Source: Phoronis australis
Lineage: Eukaryota; Animalia; Phoronida
Direction: 5' to 3'
DNA length: 64,000 nt
Assembly: GCA_002633005.1 (NCBI GenBank)
Contig: NMRA01000277.1
Location: 186,001 to 250,000 of the forward strand
Position numbers and translations under genes: made by a program. Below, one piece after another: positions 1 to 12,660 of the stretch (within the stretch, counting starts at the first letter, position 1; each line of letters begins with the position of its first letter). The notes under the pieces were generated by a model. The model was not told where the DNA came from. It worked only from the letters and a program-made list of their open reading frames with translations, and made no database searches.

Positions 1-1481
1 CTCAGGTGTTTTGGGCAGTCTGTACAACCATGAGGCCTGCGCACGTCTGATGCATCGCAAATGACATCAGGCCACCTGCACTTTTTTAGTTACTTATCAT
101 TCTTAAAAAATCAATTCTCTGTATTTTATGCTTCAATCCTTTTACATTCTAACACAAACATTTCCATGGCGACTTGCCTAACTTCAAGTGCTGGACTGGC
201 TTTGCTTGAGAAGGACTAGCCATGTGGAACACTTGACCTTTATGCCAACAACGGCTTAATTGTGTTTGGGTTGATGGGTTGAGTGGGACAGCATTAATCG
301 TGAAGGAATTATGACTACATGTATTGTTTATTTTACGCTTCGTGGACCTCTCTGGATCTCTGGATATCCACGCTGTATCTCTTAATCTTGTTTTAATTCC
401 ATTGGCCGCAAAATTTCTGTGCTAGCACAAAAATCAAGGAAGGAGAGATATTGTTTTCCTGGTACATAATCAAACAGTTTGTCGGGACTCAACTCTTCAC
501 AGAAACTGGCTATGTCGTGTGCGAAACTTTCTCTGTTTCTCTGACCTGGTGTTGGTGTCGTCTCCAATATTGAGCTTTCATATATTTCATCCAATTCCTT
601 AATTACTGATCCATACCTGCTCGACTTGCTGCTTCCTTGTTGTATTGTGCCTTGGTGTGTTGTAGATTTTCTGTAATATTTCACACTTATGTGAAACAAT
701 ATATAGTATTGATATAATCTTTTAGATATTATGATCATATTATGAACTGTGAGCTTTATGAACACGCATCAAAAAATCAGTGCGTAAGGTGCAACATCTG
801 TTAACACATCAAAACCGCGATTGGCATAATCTTAAGCATCAATTTATCGTATTACAAGTAGAAACGATTGAGCTTCCCTTAACATAACAATAATTCGTTA
901 CACACGGTGTTTTAATGAATTACCTTTAAAATCGGCATTCAGGAATTCACAGTATCTGTCTATACCTTGGTTATTTCCTAAACCTCCATACAAGTTAAGT
1001 GTCCTGTTGTGAAGTATGGTGTTTGCAACCCAGGGACTGTACCAGCCATACATTCATGAAGTGGACAATTCAACGTTGAAAAGACCACTGTTTGAAGTGT
1101 TTCATGAAATCGAAACAACACAAGGTAAGAGTTATACAAACCCGCCAATAGCCTGTGTCCCAGAACTTGACGTTATTGTGGTTCCAAAACAGTGCCGGCA
1201 CGTGACATCGCCAAATGGTCATCGTGAATGGCCCACCAGCCTCTGGAATGGCCTTCTTTGTAGCACATGTCTAAGAGACCACTGCATGTGATGCTTATAG
1301 CGTAACTACGGACGTGATTATCATCGTTGTTTGAAGATCTGCATTAAATAAATGTATAGTAAAACATCAGCAAATAACACAACGTAACGGTTTTTCTTAA
1401 TATCGTAATATCTCGTTAAGTGTTATTGAAATAATTGCATAGTTCAAAATTTATTGGATGTTTTGATAATAATGGAACTAC

Positions 1482-1630
1482 TTTGGAATACTTGCGGCAT
1501 CTCGGCAATCTCCGCGACAGTACCAGTCATCTTCTGGCACGCTATTCAGACCCACGCACTTTAAGTGATAACAGACACCCAGGTGACAGTTGATATTGGT
1601 ACACCTTATCATTAAAGTTGACTCACATTC
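1482..1630 (-). pseudogene. PHD zinc-finger exon within the Academ-like transposase
   Basis: MIRCTNINCHLGVCYHLKCVGLNSVPEDDWYCRGDC is the C-terminal part of a C4HC3 PHD; the first Cys pair (CGLC) lies at the end of the preceding exon (~1750-1770). Confidence 0.8.
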
Positions 1631-3286
1631 TGAAATAGACATGATTCTATTAATACAGTATAAAGACTTATATAGTTTGAATGAATATAACAAATTTTCT
1701 AAAATGTAGCGTCATGTGTGACTTACATTTATACACTTAAGTATACCTTGTTCACAAAGACACCACACATCATCTGTCGTTTCGGAGTCCATGACATCAC
1801 TAATTGAGTCAATACCTGGTAATGACTATATTTCTTCTTCAACAACAGACTGCGCCAAGCCATCAATGAACTCTTTAGTCTTACTGAATTCTGGTGGCAA
1901 CTCTCCGTTGACGCTGACCAGTTCGGTCTTTTTCATGGCCAACATCACGACAAGGACTTCTGTTACGAAGCGAATAAAGGACTCGGTGTGGTTGAATGAG
2001 ACTATTACGTTTGTAGTGATCCAAACGAGTTCTTTAGGTATGCCAAGGTTGCTCTCTCTGCGACACTTGTCCCTCGGTAATGGTCGTTCATGGTATGCTA
2101 CGGACAATTATCAATAAGAATGATAATTCAATAAGTTTTCTCTATTAATCCTCCTTCACTCATTGGTCAATTTTGTAATAATTTTTAACAACCAATCGTT
2201 GTAATATCATAAAATTAAACGAACATTTTGCTGTCCAAAAATTGAAATTTTATGTTGTTATCATAAAAATATTTTTGGTTTTTGAAAATCCAACAAGGAT
2301 AAGTGCAAATGTAATTGCACCCGTATATAATTGAATCACTTTCTCATATTTGTTTTGTAGTTATAGGATATTGATTAGACGTAAAGCACAGTCACCTGAA
2401 TTCCTACAACTCTGTGGTGAAATTCTTTGAGGAGTTGGCTCCAAACCCTGTAACTTGTCTAATGCGTTGGGCTCGTCAGCCCTCAACTGCTGGACCCCTA
2501 TCGTTCTCTCCACGGACAGCTGGTCGCCATATGCTACTGTTTTCGGTGGAACTCCATTCCCTCCACAGGGCGCAAACCACTGCAAACTCTCCATAATTTT
2601 CACCACGCCCTCATACGAGCTAGGATGCCGACGTTGAGATAATTCAAGAGTACTTGTGTTAAACGTCTGTTTATATTTATATTTGCATGCATGAAAATTT
2701 CATTAAATCTCAATTACATAATATACGCAATGACTTAGTTTAAAAAGCCAATGATCAAAATATCAGCACAATTATGTTTGAGCTCTTTGACCATGATCCT
2801 AATCTTAGTAAAAGGTACACATTCTCAAAAATTCGAGCCCCCCCATGCTTAGACTTGTGGTTGCGTGCAATTTTAGATAATTATAATTGATGCAGTCTAA
2901 ATAGTGTTCATCTTTTGCGTACCACGTCACTCGGTAGCGCTGACTGAGCTTGATACATATGTGACACATGCCACACAACATTACTAAAAAATGCCTCAAA
3001 AGCTGGAACATTCTTAACCAAAAATCGTTTCACCGGCTCCGCCATCCTATACTTGACTTCACTGTAGTCATGAGCACTGGGCAAGAATACCGATGCGGGA
3101 ATATCTTCGGCCCTGACACGAGGAACATGGCCTGAAGTATTATTGAGCAGATCTGTTGTCAACCGTTTTTTACGACATATGCATTCGCCTTTAACTTCAT
3201 TTCGTTACACGCCTGCCGTGCTTGAAATCTGGGACATACGAGCTTTTGAACGTTGTCCCAGGCAAGCGAATAAATTGGTACATCAC

Positions 3287-3449
3287 TGTGATGTACTGTC
3301 TTGCAGTGACATCTATTGAGTAGTTTTAGTATTGGAGTTGACAGCCTCACTTTGGGGAGTCTTTAGTGAGCAGCCATTTTAGCGTTGTATTGTTTTAGTC
3401 CATTCCCAGAAATAAATCGCATTTTATCCGAAACTTCGGCTATACTACA
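3287..3449 (+). repeat. 5' LTR
   Basis: tgtgatgtactg...ctatactaca; direct repeat of 8591-8753 with 5 substitutions by eye; contains AATAAA. Confidence 0.97.
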
Positions 3450-3450
3450 G

Positions 3451-3464
3451 TGGCGACGAGGATG
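3451..3464 (+). promoter_or_regulatory. Primer-binding site, complementary to tRNA-Ser(GCT) 3' end
   Basis: TGGCGACGAGGATG starts 1 nt after the LTR and is the reverse complement of CATCCTCGTCGCCA, the 3' end of metazoan tRNA-Ser(GCT). Confidence 0.85.
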
Positions 3465-6400
3465 AAAATGAAACCTCCGAGGTTTGAAGAAGACAAGGAA
3501 GACTTCGATAGTTTTGTGGAACGGTTGGAGAGCTACGTTGTGCTTGAAAAGACTGCAAATGAGCTGAAAGTTCATTCATTGATCACAGGGTTTTCGCCGG
3601 GACAGTATCAGGTTCTGAAGAATCTGAGCGCCTCTGATAAGCTTTGACGAGCTGATTGCACTGTTGAGTTCCCATTACGGAGGAACTACGAATGCACGCA
3701 CGGAGAGAGCCAAATTTCGGGCGATTGTGAGGGAGTCTAATGAGTCAGTGTTAGACTACAGTGTCCGATTGAAACAGGCTGCTCGGAAGTGTGAGTTCGG
3801 GCAGAGACTCGATGAAATGTTGGTGGACCAACTCATTCAGGGTGTGAAATCGCAGTCAGCGGTTACAAAATTGTTGGAAAGCACAGATGGATTAAAGTTG
3901 ACTTTCAACAAGGCAGTGGAAATTGCACAACAGGTGATGCTGACCGAGAAAAATTTAGTTGTGTACGGTGACGGACAAGGAGCTCGTGGGACGATCCATG
4001 GAGTAGATATGGGAACTGACAAACACAAGCAACATGGTTGGGGGAAACAGGATAGGAAACAACGGGGACCCAGTACATCCCAGGAGAAACGATGTTTCCG
4101 GTGTAACGTGGTTGGACACTTTGCGAACAAGTGCCCAAAAAAGAGTGCGGTTTGTAGGAAATGTAATCAAGTGGGGCACTTGGCTGTGTGCTGCAAGGTC
4201 AAGGGAGGTAAGCCCATGAATTCAGTATCACGTGGTGCGGAAGCAGATACCGGTGAGTACGGTTTGTTTCATATTGACTCGGGGACAGTTGACATTGATT
4301 TAGGTATCGCGAGCAATAAGAAGTTCATGATGTCAGTGTTAGTCAATGGGCAGAAATTGAACATGGAACTGGACACTGGTGCGATCGCGTCTTGCATAGG
4401 GGAGAGTACATACTCTTCGGTTCGGAAACCCGATGACACCCTGCAGGCAGCAGATGTTAAATTCATTGCCTATGGTAACAACAATCTTGACATTGTAGGG
4501 GTGATGACGGCAGATGTCAAAGTCAAAGATGTTACGGAGAAATTGCCATTAGTAGTGGTAAAGGGAGACTGTACTCCTTTGATAGGTCGTAATTGGTTAC
4601 GTAAACTGAACATTAACTGGGAGCAGGAGTTTTCGGTTAATGCAGTATCTGTTGATAGTTTGGGTGATCTGTGTGAGCAGTATGCTGATGTGTTTTCGCC
4701 AGAGTTAGGGTGTTTAAAGGGCTATGAAGTCAGGATAGACCTTAAACCCGAGGCAGTACCGGTGTACAAAAAGGCGCGCACCCTACCGTTTTATAAACGT
4801 CCTTTAGTGGAGGCTGAGCTGAACCGTCTTGAGGAAGCTGGTGTGATTAAGTCGGTCGAGCATTCTGACTGGGCCAGCCCGGTTGTGGCTGTCGTGAAGT
4901 CAGATGGTAAGTCGATCAGACTCTGTGCAGACTTTAAACAGTCGCTGAATCCTGCGAGTGCCATGACACAATATCCCTTACCCGTGCCTGAGGATATTTT
5001 TGCGAAGTTGTCACAAGGNTTAAGTCGGTCGAGCATTCTGACTGGGCCAGCCCAGTTGTGGCTGTCGTGAAGTCAGATGGTAAGTCGATCAGACTCTGTG
5101 CAGACTTTAAACAGACGCTGAATCCTGCGAAAGCCATGACACAATATCCCTTAGCCGTGCCTGAGGATATTTTTGCGAAGTTGTCACAAGGGCAAGCTTT
5201 CTCGACACTCGCGTATCACCAACTTAAGCTTTCGGAGGCGGCTCAGAGATTGCTGGTGATAAACACCCATAAGGGGTTATATGCGTACCAACGGTTACAG
5301 TTTGGGTTGCACTCAGCTGTCGGGATTTTCCAGCGTGCCATGGAAAATGTGCTGAGAGGGATACCCGGTTGCGCCGTTTATCTTGATGATATCATTGTCA
5401 CGGGTTCGTCGATTGCCGAGCATCGCAAGAACCTTAAGTCAGTTTTGGAACTCCTCAGTAGTTGCGGATTGCTCTTAAACAGAGCGAAGTGCAAGTTTTG
5501 CAGTCCGAGGTGCGGTACTTGGGCCACCGGATTACGGCCCAAGGGATACACCCTCTTGAGGACAAAGTAGAAAGCGTTCGTCGGTTTCCGGTTCCAAAGG
5601 ATAAGTCTGAGGTTGCTACTTTTTGTGTTATGGTAAAGTACTATCACCGGTTTTTGCCGCGTGCTGCGGACGTGATGGCCCCACTCTACGCGCTGGAAAA
5701 GAAGAACATCCCTTGGAGATGGACACAGAAGGAGGAGGACTTTTTCAACGCCGCAAAGAACTTTTGACGTCGAACACTTTGTTATGTCACTACGACCCAA
5801 GTAAACCGTTATCGATTACGATCGATGCTTCTTCGTTCGGGGCAGTGTTAGAGCAGGCGGTCGAAAGCGGCGTACAGCCGGTAGTCTGTGTCGCGTACAC
5901 TATCTGCCGAGGAAACGAATTACTCCCAGACGGAGAAGGAGGGTTTGGCGGTCGTGTGGGCCGTAGAAAAGTTTTCCAAGTATTTTCTAGGCCGTAGTTT
6001 CGAGATCTTTTCAGATCACAAGCCATTACTCGGACTATTCGGTGAACAGCGTGGAATTCCAGCTGTGGCTTCTGGACGTATCGTTCGGTGGTCGCTAGTT
6101 TTGGCGGCATATGACTACAAACTCGTGTATAAGCCTGGGTCGAAAGTTGCTAATGCTAACTGTCTGTCTCGATTCCCATTACCTGCTTCAGTGAATTCGG
6201 TTGCCGTCGGAGAGGAAGCGCGTTTGTTGGATCATTTAACGTATATGCAAGTCTCAGCAGTCTCTGAGGAAGTGGACAGATCGAGATCCACTTCTCTCGC
6301 GCGTTCGTAGACACGTACTGACCGGCTGGAGTGATTCAGACGTGGATGAAGACATCAAGCCGTTCTTTTCTCGGAAGGACGAGTTATCAGTGCTCAACGG

Positions 6401-8284
6401 CTGCGTGTTGTGGAGTGCCAGAGTATTTGTCCCACCCCAAGGTCGCGATGCTGTTATGAATGAACTACACCACACACATCCCGGCAAGATAGTGCGAATG
6501 AAGATGTTAGCTCGTGGATACGTGTGGTGGCCTAACATGGACAGTGAACTTGAAAGGAAAGTTCNGCAGTGTTAGAGAAGGCGGTCGAAAGCGGCGTGCA
6601 GCCGGTAGTCTGCGTCGCGTACACTATCCGCCGCGGAAAGTAATTACTCCCAGACGGAGAAGGAGGGTTTGGCGGTCGTGTGGGCCGTAGAAAAGTTTTC
6701 CAAGTATTTACTAGGCCGTAGTTTCGAGATCTTTCCAGATCACAAGCCATTACTCGGACTATTCGGTGAACAGCGTGGAATTCCAGCTGTGGCTTCTGGA
6801 CGTATCATTCGGTGGTCGCTAATTTTGGCGGCATATGACTACAAACTCGTGTATAAGCCTGGGTCGAAAGTTGCTAATGCTGACTGTCTGTCTCGATTCC
6901 CATTACCTGCTTCAGTGAATTCGGTTGCCGTCGGAGAGGAAGTGCGTTTGTTGGATCATTTGACGTATACGCAAGTCTCAGCAGTTGATCTGAGGAAGTG
7001 GACAGATCGACATCCACTTCTCTCGCGCGTTCGTACTGACCGGCTGGAGTGATTCAGACGTAGATGAAGACATCAAGCCGTTCTTTTCTCGGAAGGACGA
7101 GTTATCAGTGCTCAACGGCTGCGTGTTGTGGAGTGCCAGAGTAGTTGTCCCACCCCAAGGTCGCGATGCTGTTATGAATGAACTACACCACACACATCCC
7201 GGCATAGTGCGAATGAAGATGTTAGCTCGTGGATACGTGTGGTGGCCTAACATGGACAGTGAACTTGAAAGGAAAGTTCATGCGTGTAAAACTTGCCAGT
7301 CGGTGCAGAATATTCCGAACAAACGTCAACCACTACACCCGTGGGAGTACCCCAGTAAGCCATGGTCCAGACTGCATATAGACTACGCAGGGCCCATGGA
7401 AGGTAGAATGTTTTTGGTCGTCGTTGATGCGTTTTCGAAATGGATGGACGTTTTTCCTACGTCAAGCTCGTCCTCCGTGGTAACAATTTCGAAGTTGAGA
7501 GCATTGTTCAGTACGCACGGTTTGCCGACTTGATTGTCTCGGACAACGGGACCTGCTTTACGAGTGAGGAGTTTAAAAAGTTTCTCATGTCTAATGGAGT
7601 ACNGAAATGGATGGACGTTTTTCCTACGTCAAGCTCGTCCTCCGCGGTAACAATTTCGAAGTTGAGAGCATTGTTCAGTATGCACGGTTTGCCAGACTTG
7701 ATTGTCTCGCACAACGGTACCTGCTTTACGAGTGAGGAGTTTAGAAAGTTTCTCATATGTCTAATGGAGTACGACACGTCACGGGTGCTCCGTACCATCC
7801 CGCCACAAATGGATTGGCGGAACGTGCTGTTCGCGTTTCTAAGGAAGCGATGAAGAAATGTGCCGGGTCCCTTGAGGACAAGTTGTTGAGTTTTTTGTTT
7901 GACTACCGTATCACACCACACTCATCGACCGGAGTTGCTCCTTTTGAGCTATTGATGAACTGCAGGCTGGTGTCACGTTTTGATAGGTTGTTGCCTGATG
8001 TCAACAAGAAGGTCGAAGACATCCAGCGTAGGCAGATGAGGCAGTACAGTGGAGCAAATAAGCTGCAGGAATACCAACTGGGAGATAGTTTTTACTTTAG
8101 AAATTACTCTCAGTATGGGCCGCCCAATCTGTTAGGCACCGTGGAAGATATTACTGGCCCGGTGTCATGTAGGATTCGCTGTGAGGATGGCCGAGTGTTC
8201 AGACGCCATCACGACCAGATGTTTAAAGGTGTGCCCTCGGAGTATGAGGTGTCGGCGCGCGTGGATGCTGGTGTTGAACCGTAG
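3462..8284 (+). pseudogene. gag-pol polyprotein (frameshifted; partly duplicated by assembly)
   Basis: Two CCHC knuckles (CFRCNVVGHFANKC, CRKCNQVGHLAVCC), protease LDTGA, RT YLDD (~5380), RNase H (IDAS...SDHKPL), integrase HHCC (LHHTHPG...CKTC) and IDYAGP/SDNG/NGLAER core. Several frameshifts. Confidence 0.93.
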
Positions 8285-8573
8285 CAGACCCCAGGCTCAG
8301 TAGCGTCTTCCGAAATAGGCCCGGTTGCAGAGGTGACCCGGTCAGGGGCTGTGGTTGCTGAAACAAACGGCGCTGTGGAGAGTGCTAGCCCTGAGGCTCC
8401 CCCCCCCCCCCCNCCCCCCCCCCCCCCCCTCTCCGGCGTTCCGTGCGAGTACGGAAGCCTGTTGATAAACTGAACTTGTAGACACTAAGGAGTTGGAGTA
8501 GTTAACCAGTTCGTTTGTTGAAGAGACATTAATTACTACACTTAAAATGGACGTTACTAACGTGGCATACTTT

Positions 8574-8590
8574 AACGGGATGTGGAGGGG
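8574..8590 (+). promoter_or_regulatory. Polypurine tract
   Basis: Purine-rich run ending ...gggatgtggagggg immediately before the 3' LTR. Confidence 0.75.
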
Positions 8591-8753
8591 TGTGATGTAC
8601 TGTCTTGCAGTGACATCTATTGAGTAGTTTTAGTATTGGAGTTGACAGCCTCACTTTGGGGAGTCTTCAATGAGCAGCCATTTTAGCGTTGTATTGTTTT
8701 AGTCCGTTCCCAGAAATAAATCGCATTTTATCCGAAACATCGGCTATAATACA
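8591..8753 (+). repeat. 3' LTR
   Basis: Direct repeat of 3287-3449, followed by TSD ATCAC. Confidence 0.97.
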
Positions 8754-10487
8754 ATCACTTGCCTTGCTGACATCACTTGCCTCGATGACATCACTGTCGT
8801 CTGAAAGATGAACGCTCAAAAACAATGCGATAAATAATGATGCATTGTATGGCATTGTTTAATTAACACAGGTACCAATTTTTCTTTGCATGTCAAATCC
8901 AACTATACGCCCGGGAACACAATGGTTTTCAATGCTTAGATTGTATCAATTATGTAACAATTATCAAATTAAGCCTAATGGAACGTTGGGCATGTACTAT
9001 GGTAATTGGACCGTGTTGCAAATCTCGAGGTTGTTAACATACAGCGAAATGTCTTGATTACGTTTTAAGAACCATGACATTACCATCGTTAGGTTCCATG
9101 ACAACATCGTTATCATCGGGATGGTATCCCATGTCTGTATCATCAAGTTCCTCAGACTCGTTCAATACACTGTCGCCTTTCACATGAATCTCCCTTAATT
9201 AACACATGTATTATATTTCATAAGCGTAGGTTATATCCATTGGTTGTGGAAAAATGAGATAAGAATTGGTTGTTATTAGTGGTTACACGGCAAACTTGTA
9301 TTCGCATGTAAATAGTTTTAAATTATGAATTACCAAATAGTTCATAACTCCAAAACTATTTTCGCGCACTCGGTATAATATATTGGAAACACGAAAAACA
9401 ATGACTACAAATTTACGGATGGATTCAACCATATATTTTTTCATAGATACTTAGTACGCCGTCAATCGGTGTTCGGTATTTGTTTGTTTGAGTTTATGTT
9501 GTTTTTGCGGAGTGTAGTTTTAAGTCAATATAGGGCTCATTACCATATCGGATTTCCATGTTAATAACTTCTTTTCTGTTGCTCGGCCAAGTTCATCCAC
9601 GTGCCTTCGAGTTGAATTGTGGCTCTGGCACACGCCGATGTGATTAAAAGACTTGAAAATCTGAAATGAGTATTCATTCTGGCATAGCATTGCCTGAAGC
9701 AAGATATATTTGCAAACTTATCATTTAAGTAAAAACACATTTTCGACGTTGTCATGAAGCAGATGCGGCATTCTCTTAGAGGTGTTGCACGTTAAAACAA
9801 CTAACTTGAAGATTATGAATGGTTTTCAAAATGTTCAATCCCTGCAAGTTACTATTAACAACAGTGGTACATCTACGATGGCAGTAATTAATCTTAAAGT
9901 CTGACGTCAACTGAATTTTATTATTTTAGATGTGATGGGCTAACCAGATAGTCCTAGCAAAGCCTTAGTAAAATAAGAAAACCCGAGTTCAATCACGCAA
10001 ATGTAAGCCCGAAAAATGATAAGTAAAGCTGCCTTTTCGCGCCACGTTGCGTCACCGCGAGGTCCCAGCACAAACAACAAAAGGTTGTATTGAATAGGGG
10101 TCTGAATAGAACACCATTACGTGCGGGTGTTATTCGCAGCTGTTTGAATTAAAAGGTGATTCTCGCGGTGACGTAGACAAAAGCAAGCCAATACGCCTAA
10201 CAGTTCGTTACATTTGACCATTTATAGCACTAGTGGGCTCAGAGAGATGTTCTTAACATACTGTATGAACCAAATTTTCAGGTATTAGCGTTGAGGATAG
10301 GCTTTAAGCCTTCAGGCCTCGACAGTAGTCGATGTTCCTCGTGTGACGGGGTTTCTTACAGCTAACTAACACATTAAGCCTGTTAGAGAACAACGACAAG
10401 ACCCCGCGTCCTGTTACACCACATGATATCATTTATCATAGATCTGTAAAAGTTTTGTTTTAATTTCGACTGGAAATTAAATCTTGA

Positions 10488-11680
10488 AATTTCCAAACTT
10501 AAGCCTTTCAAACGAACGTTTATGACGAAAACAAAACTCTTCAACCAATTTTGTAAAGTTCTATATCACCTCTAGGGTACATAATGAACCAATTCCACTC
10601 CTAATGTAACAAAAGGGTCCCCGTGCATAAAGGATACTAAGTATTGTCCTGATGAAATATTGTGTGAAATGTCAAATCAGATCAAGCGGTTTGGAAGTCC
10701 AGTCTAACTTTGTATGAACTTCAGTTCAATGCACGCAATCCTCAATGAATTTACCGTAGTTGGCTACAGACTGGCCCATTTTTATAAAAACTCGCAACGC
10801 AGAGAAACGTCTACACAAATTACACCCTATAGCCTCCTGGAGGAGGCGGTGTTGCCTAGTGTGATAGGTGCCTGCTTTCTTTAATCGAGGTCGTGGGTTC
10901 GAATCCCACTGGGTCAAATTGCTAAACCCGTGAATCAGATTTCAAGCTCCTCAGCTCGGTTTAATTCTGTATTAATAAGGCATAAAAATGGTTCCAAGTG
11001 ATCAGTACAATGGGCCCACATGCGCTGCCTGTGCACGTCTGGTACAACGTGTATCAGACCGCCTGCAATTATTTTTTATGCAGCACCTGATTTAAATAAG
11101 TGCCTCTTTTTTAATTTTGGTCCGGTATAAATAACGCCACAGACCAGGAAGTCCAGCGAAACACTATACCTTACAAATGTGACAATTCCTAGTCACAGAA
11201 AATTTGAGCACCCGGCAAAAGATACTGATGATGAAATTCCGGTGATGATAATCATCCAGTTTGTTTATTTACTTCACCTACACAATTTGAAATAGTCGGT
11301 AAAATGATGCCCATACGAGTAAGCACCATGTAGGCCTCTATGCCAACCCCAATATGGAGAACCCAACAAGCTCAAGTTGCGGTTGAATCAGGATGGGCAT
11401 AAATAAGGAAATTTACTGTATCAATAGATTGGCCAAATAAGAATAAGATACAAAGTGTTGCTACAGTGCACACGTGCACAATACTTGGTCTATTATTTTC
11501 CCACCGTAAGTGCATGAACCAATCAGATCACCAACGGTGCAAAGTTTTCAAAAACAAGCTTTTTGTTACATTAGGAGTAGGATTGGTTCATATTTAGGTG
11601 GTGTAGTACTTTACAAAACCGGTTGAAGAATTATGTTTTTTTTCATAAATGCTCATTTGAAAGGAGTAAGGTTGGAAATA
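10488..11680. repeat. Pair of diverged ~125-bp inverted repeats (MITE-like or two opposed repeat copies)
   Basis: 10488-10616 (...atgaaccaattccactcctaatgtaacaaaa) is reverse-complementary to 11560-11680 (ttttgttacattaggagtaggattggttcat...). Confidence 0.6.
10845..10916 (+). mobile_element. tRNA-derived SINE head / tRNA pseudogene
   Basis: Degenerate A box (tgcctagtg) and B box/T-arm gtgggttcgaatcccac at tRNA spacing; acceptor stem does not pair. Confidence 0.55.
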
Positions 11681-12145
11681 CTTTGGAAATAGTAGGAATT
11701 AAGGCAGATTTAAAAAAAAACATTTGTCTGCTTACAAAAATGTAACATTGAAGCATAAAAACAACCTTCGTAACTTTTGATATCCCTGTTCCATGTTTGC
11801 AAAGAAGTTAAAACTCGGGTAAGTTGTCGGTATTTTCATAGACTGCACCGTACTTGGCTAAGATGGTTCAGGTTTTGTGCGGCACACAGTCGATATTAAT
11901 AAATGAGTATGTAACCTGCTATTGAATTGCGAGATAGATTTTGACTGGTCCAGGTGGTTATTTCTGAAGTATTAATGTGATCTTTATCTATGTTAAAGGT
12001 TTTACTAGCGTTCTATTTATTTGTACACGAATGTGAATTAATTTTGTTGAAATCGCTGATCCAAATCCTGACCAAATGTGCGCATTCTGCTGAGACCAAC
12101 CGTATGATCAGGGCCAGCGAAGAGTAATTTGGTTAATTCGCTTAC

Positions 12146-12545
12146 TAGACAATGGCTGAAGTTCCTCGTAGGGACAAGAGTACACGAGTCACCACCTTTG
12201 AAAGAAATTTAGCGGACAATTTTCGTCAAAACGTTTACCAGATAGTTTTCATAAAAACAGAGAAAAAAATGGATTTGTGAACACAGGATTAAGTAGTAGG
12301 CCTACCAGAGCCTCTTAAAAAACATTCATCTTCGAAGTGCCTTGAACAAATGTATAAAGTCTCATTGCTAAAACGACTACCATTCACGTTGACATAAGAA
12401 GTAAGCTTTTCTCCCCACAGCCGATTGTGGGGTTTTCGGATGATATGGAAGCTAATTCCTTTGCATTTCGCGTGTGTAGCCGAACAACCGGCCACACAGC
12501 AGCCGTAGCAGACGACGTACTTGCCGGAAATTGCACCATAAAATT
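12146..12545 (-). pseudogene. THAP zinc-finger domain, split over two putative exons
   Basis: CCVAGCS...GISFH...W...ICSRHFEDECF (12300-12510); a following minus-strand segment encodes LVPT (AVPT box) and ends at a gtaagc donor near 12146. Confidence 0.75.
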
Positions 12546-12585
12546 TAGCCAGGTGTCGCCAGTGAATAATGGCGTAAGGTGGCAC

Positions 12586-12660
12586 CAGAGACCGTAGAGA
12601 GGGAGACGTTTCACCTAGCGAAATCCTATTGGACGGCCACTGGCGGCCATTGTTGTTCCA
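12586..12660 (+). mobile_element. 5' end of a second copy of the P-like element (truncated at an assembly break)
   Basis: Identical to 13763-13837 but with a different upstream flank; ends at the N at 12661. Confidence 0.75.

Larger units (their letters stand above)
3287..8753 (+). mobile_element. Ty3/gypsy LTR retrotransposon (Mag-clade-like), structurally complete
   Basis: Two 163-bp TG...CA LTRs, 5-bp TSD ATCAC (3282-3286 and 8754-8758), PBS, PPT, and gag-PR-RT-RH-IN domain order. Confidence 0.97.
382..9716 (-). pseudogene. Decayed multi-exon AcademH-type (DUF6589-like) DNA transposase with inserted PHD finger (AcademHP-like), interrupted by the gypsy element
   Basis: Collinear minus-strand peptides in the expected order: FNHIGVCQSHNSTRRHVDELG (~9560-9700); YSLAWDNVQKLVCPR (~3230-3280); VFLPSAHDY...VVWHVSHMY (2915-3160); YGDQLSVERTIGVQQLRADEPNALDKLQGLEP-EFH (2400-2600); FNHTESFIRFVT (1826-2090); PHD (1482-1630); DHVRSYAISITCSGLL...IWR (1150-1340); HNRTLNLYGGLGNNQGIDRYCEFLNADFK (925-1020); LFDYVPGKQYLSF (382-670). 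Frameshifts near 3165, 2430 and 1240. Exon limits approximate; family assignment from motif memory. Confidence 0.7.

Noticed and set aside
3363-3575. ORFs ending GLKQYNAKMAAH here and at 8667-8855
   Set aside because: Antisense translations of the two LTRs.
4847-7772. Three apparent tandem duplications inside gypsy pol (4847-5018/5020-5191; 5842-6564/6566-7279; 7437-7602/7604-7772)
   Set aside because: Each junction is exactly a single N (5019, 6565, 7603); these are unmerged overlapping contigs or haplotypes, not biological duplications. Some pol frameshifts may also be artefacts.
10845-10916. Functional tRNA gene
   Set aside because: Only the T-arm/B box is good; acceptor and anticodon stems do not pair. 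The same applies to 33230-33301.
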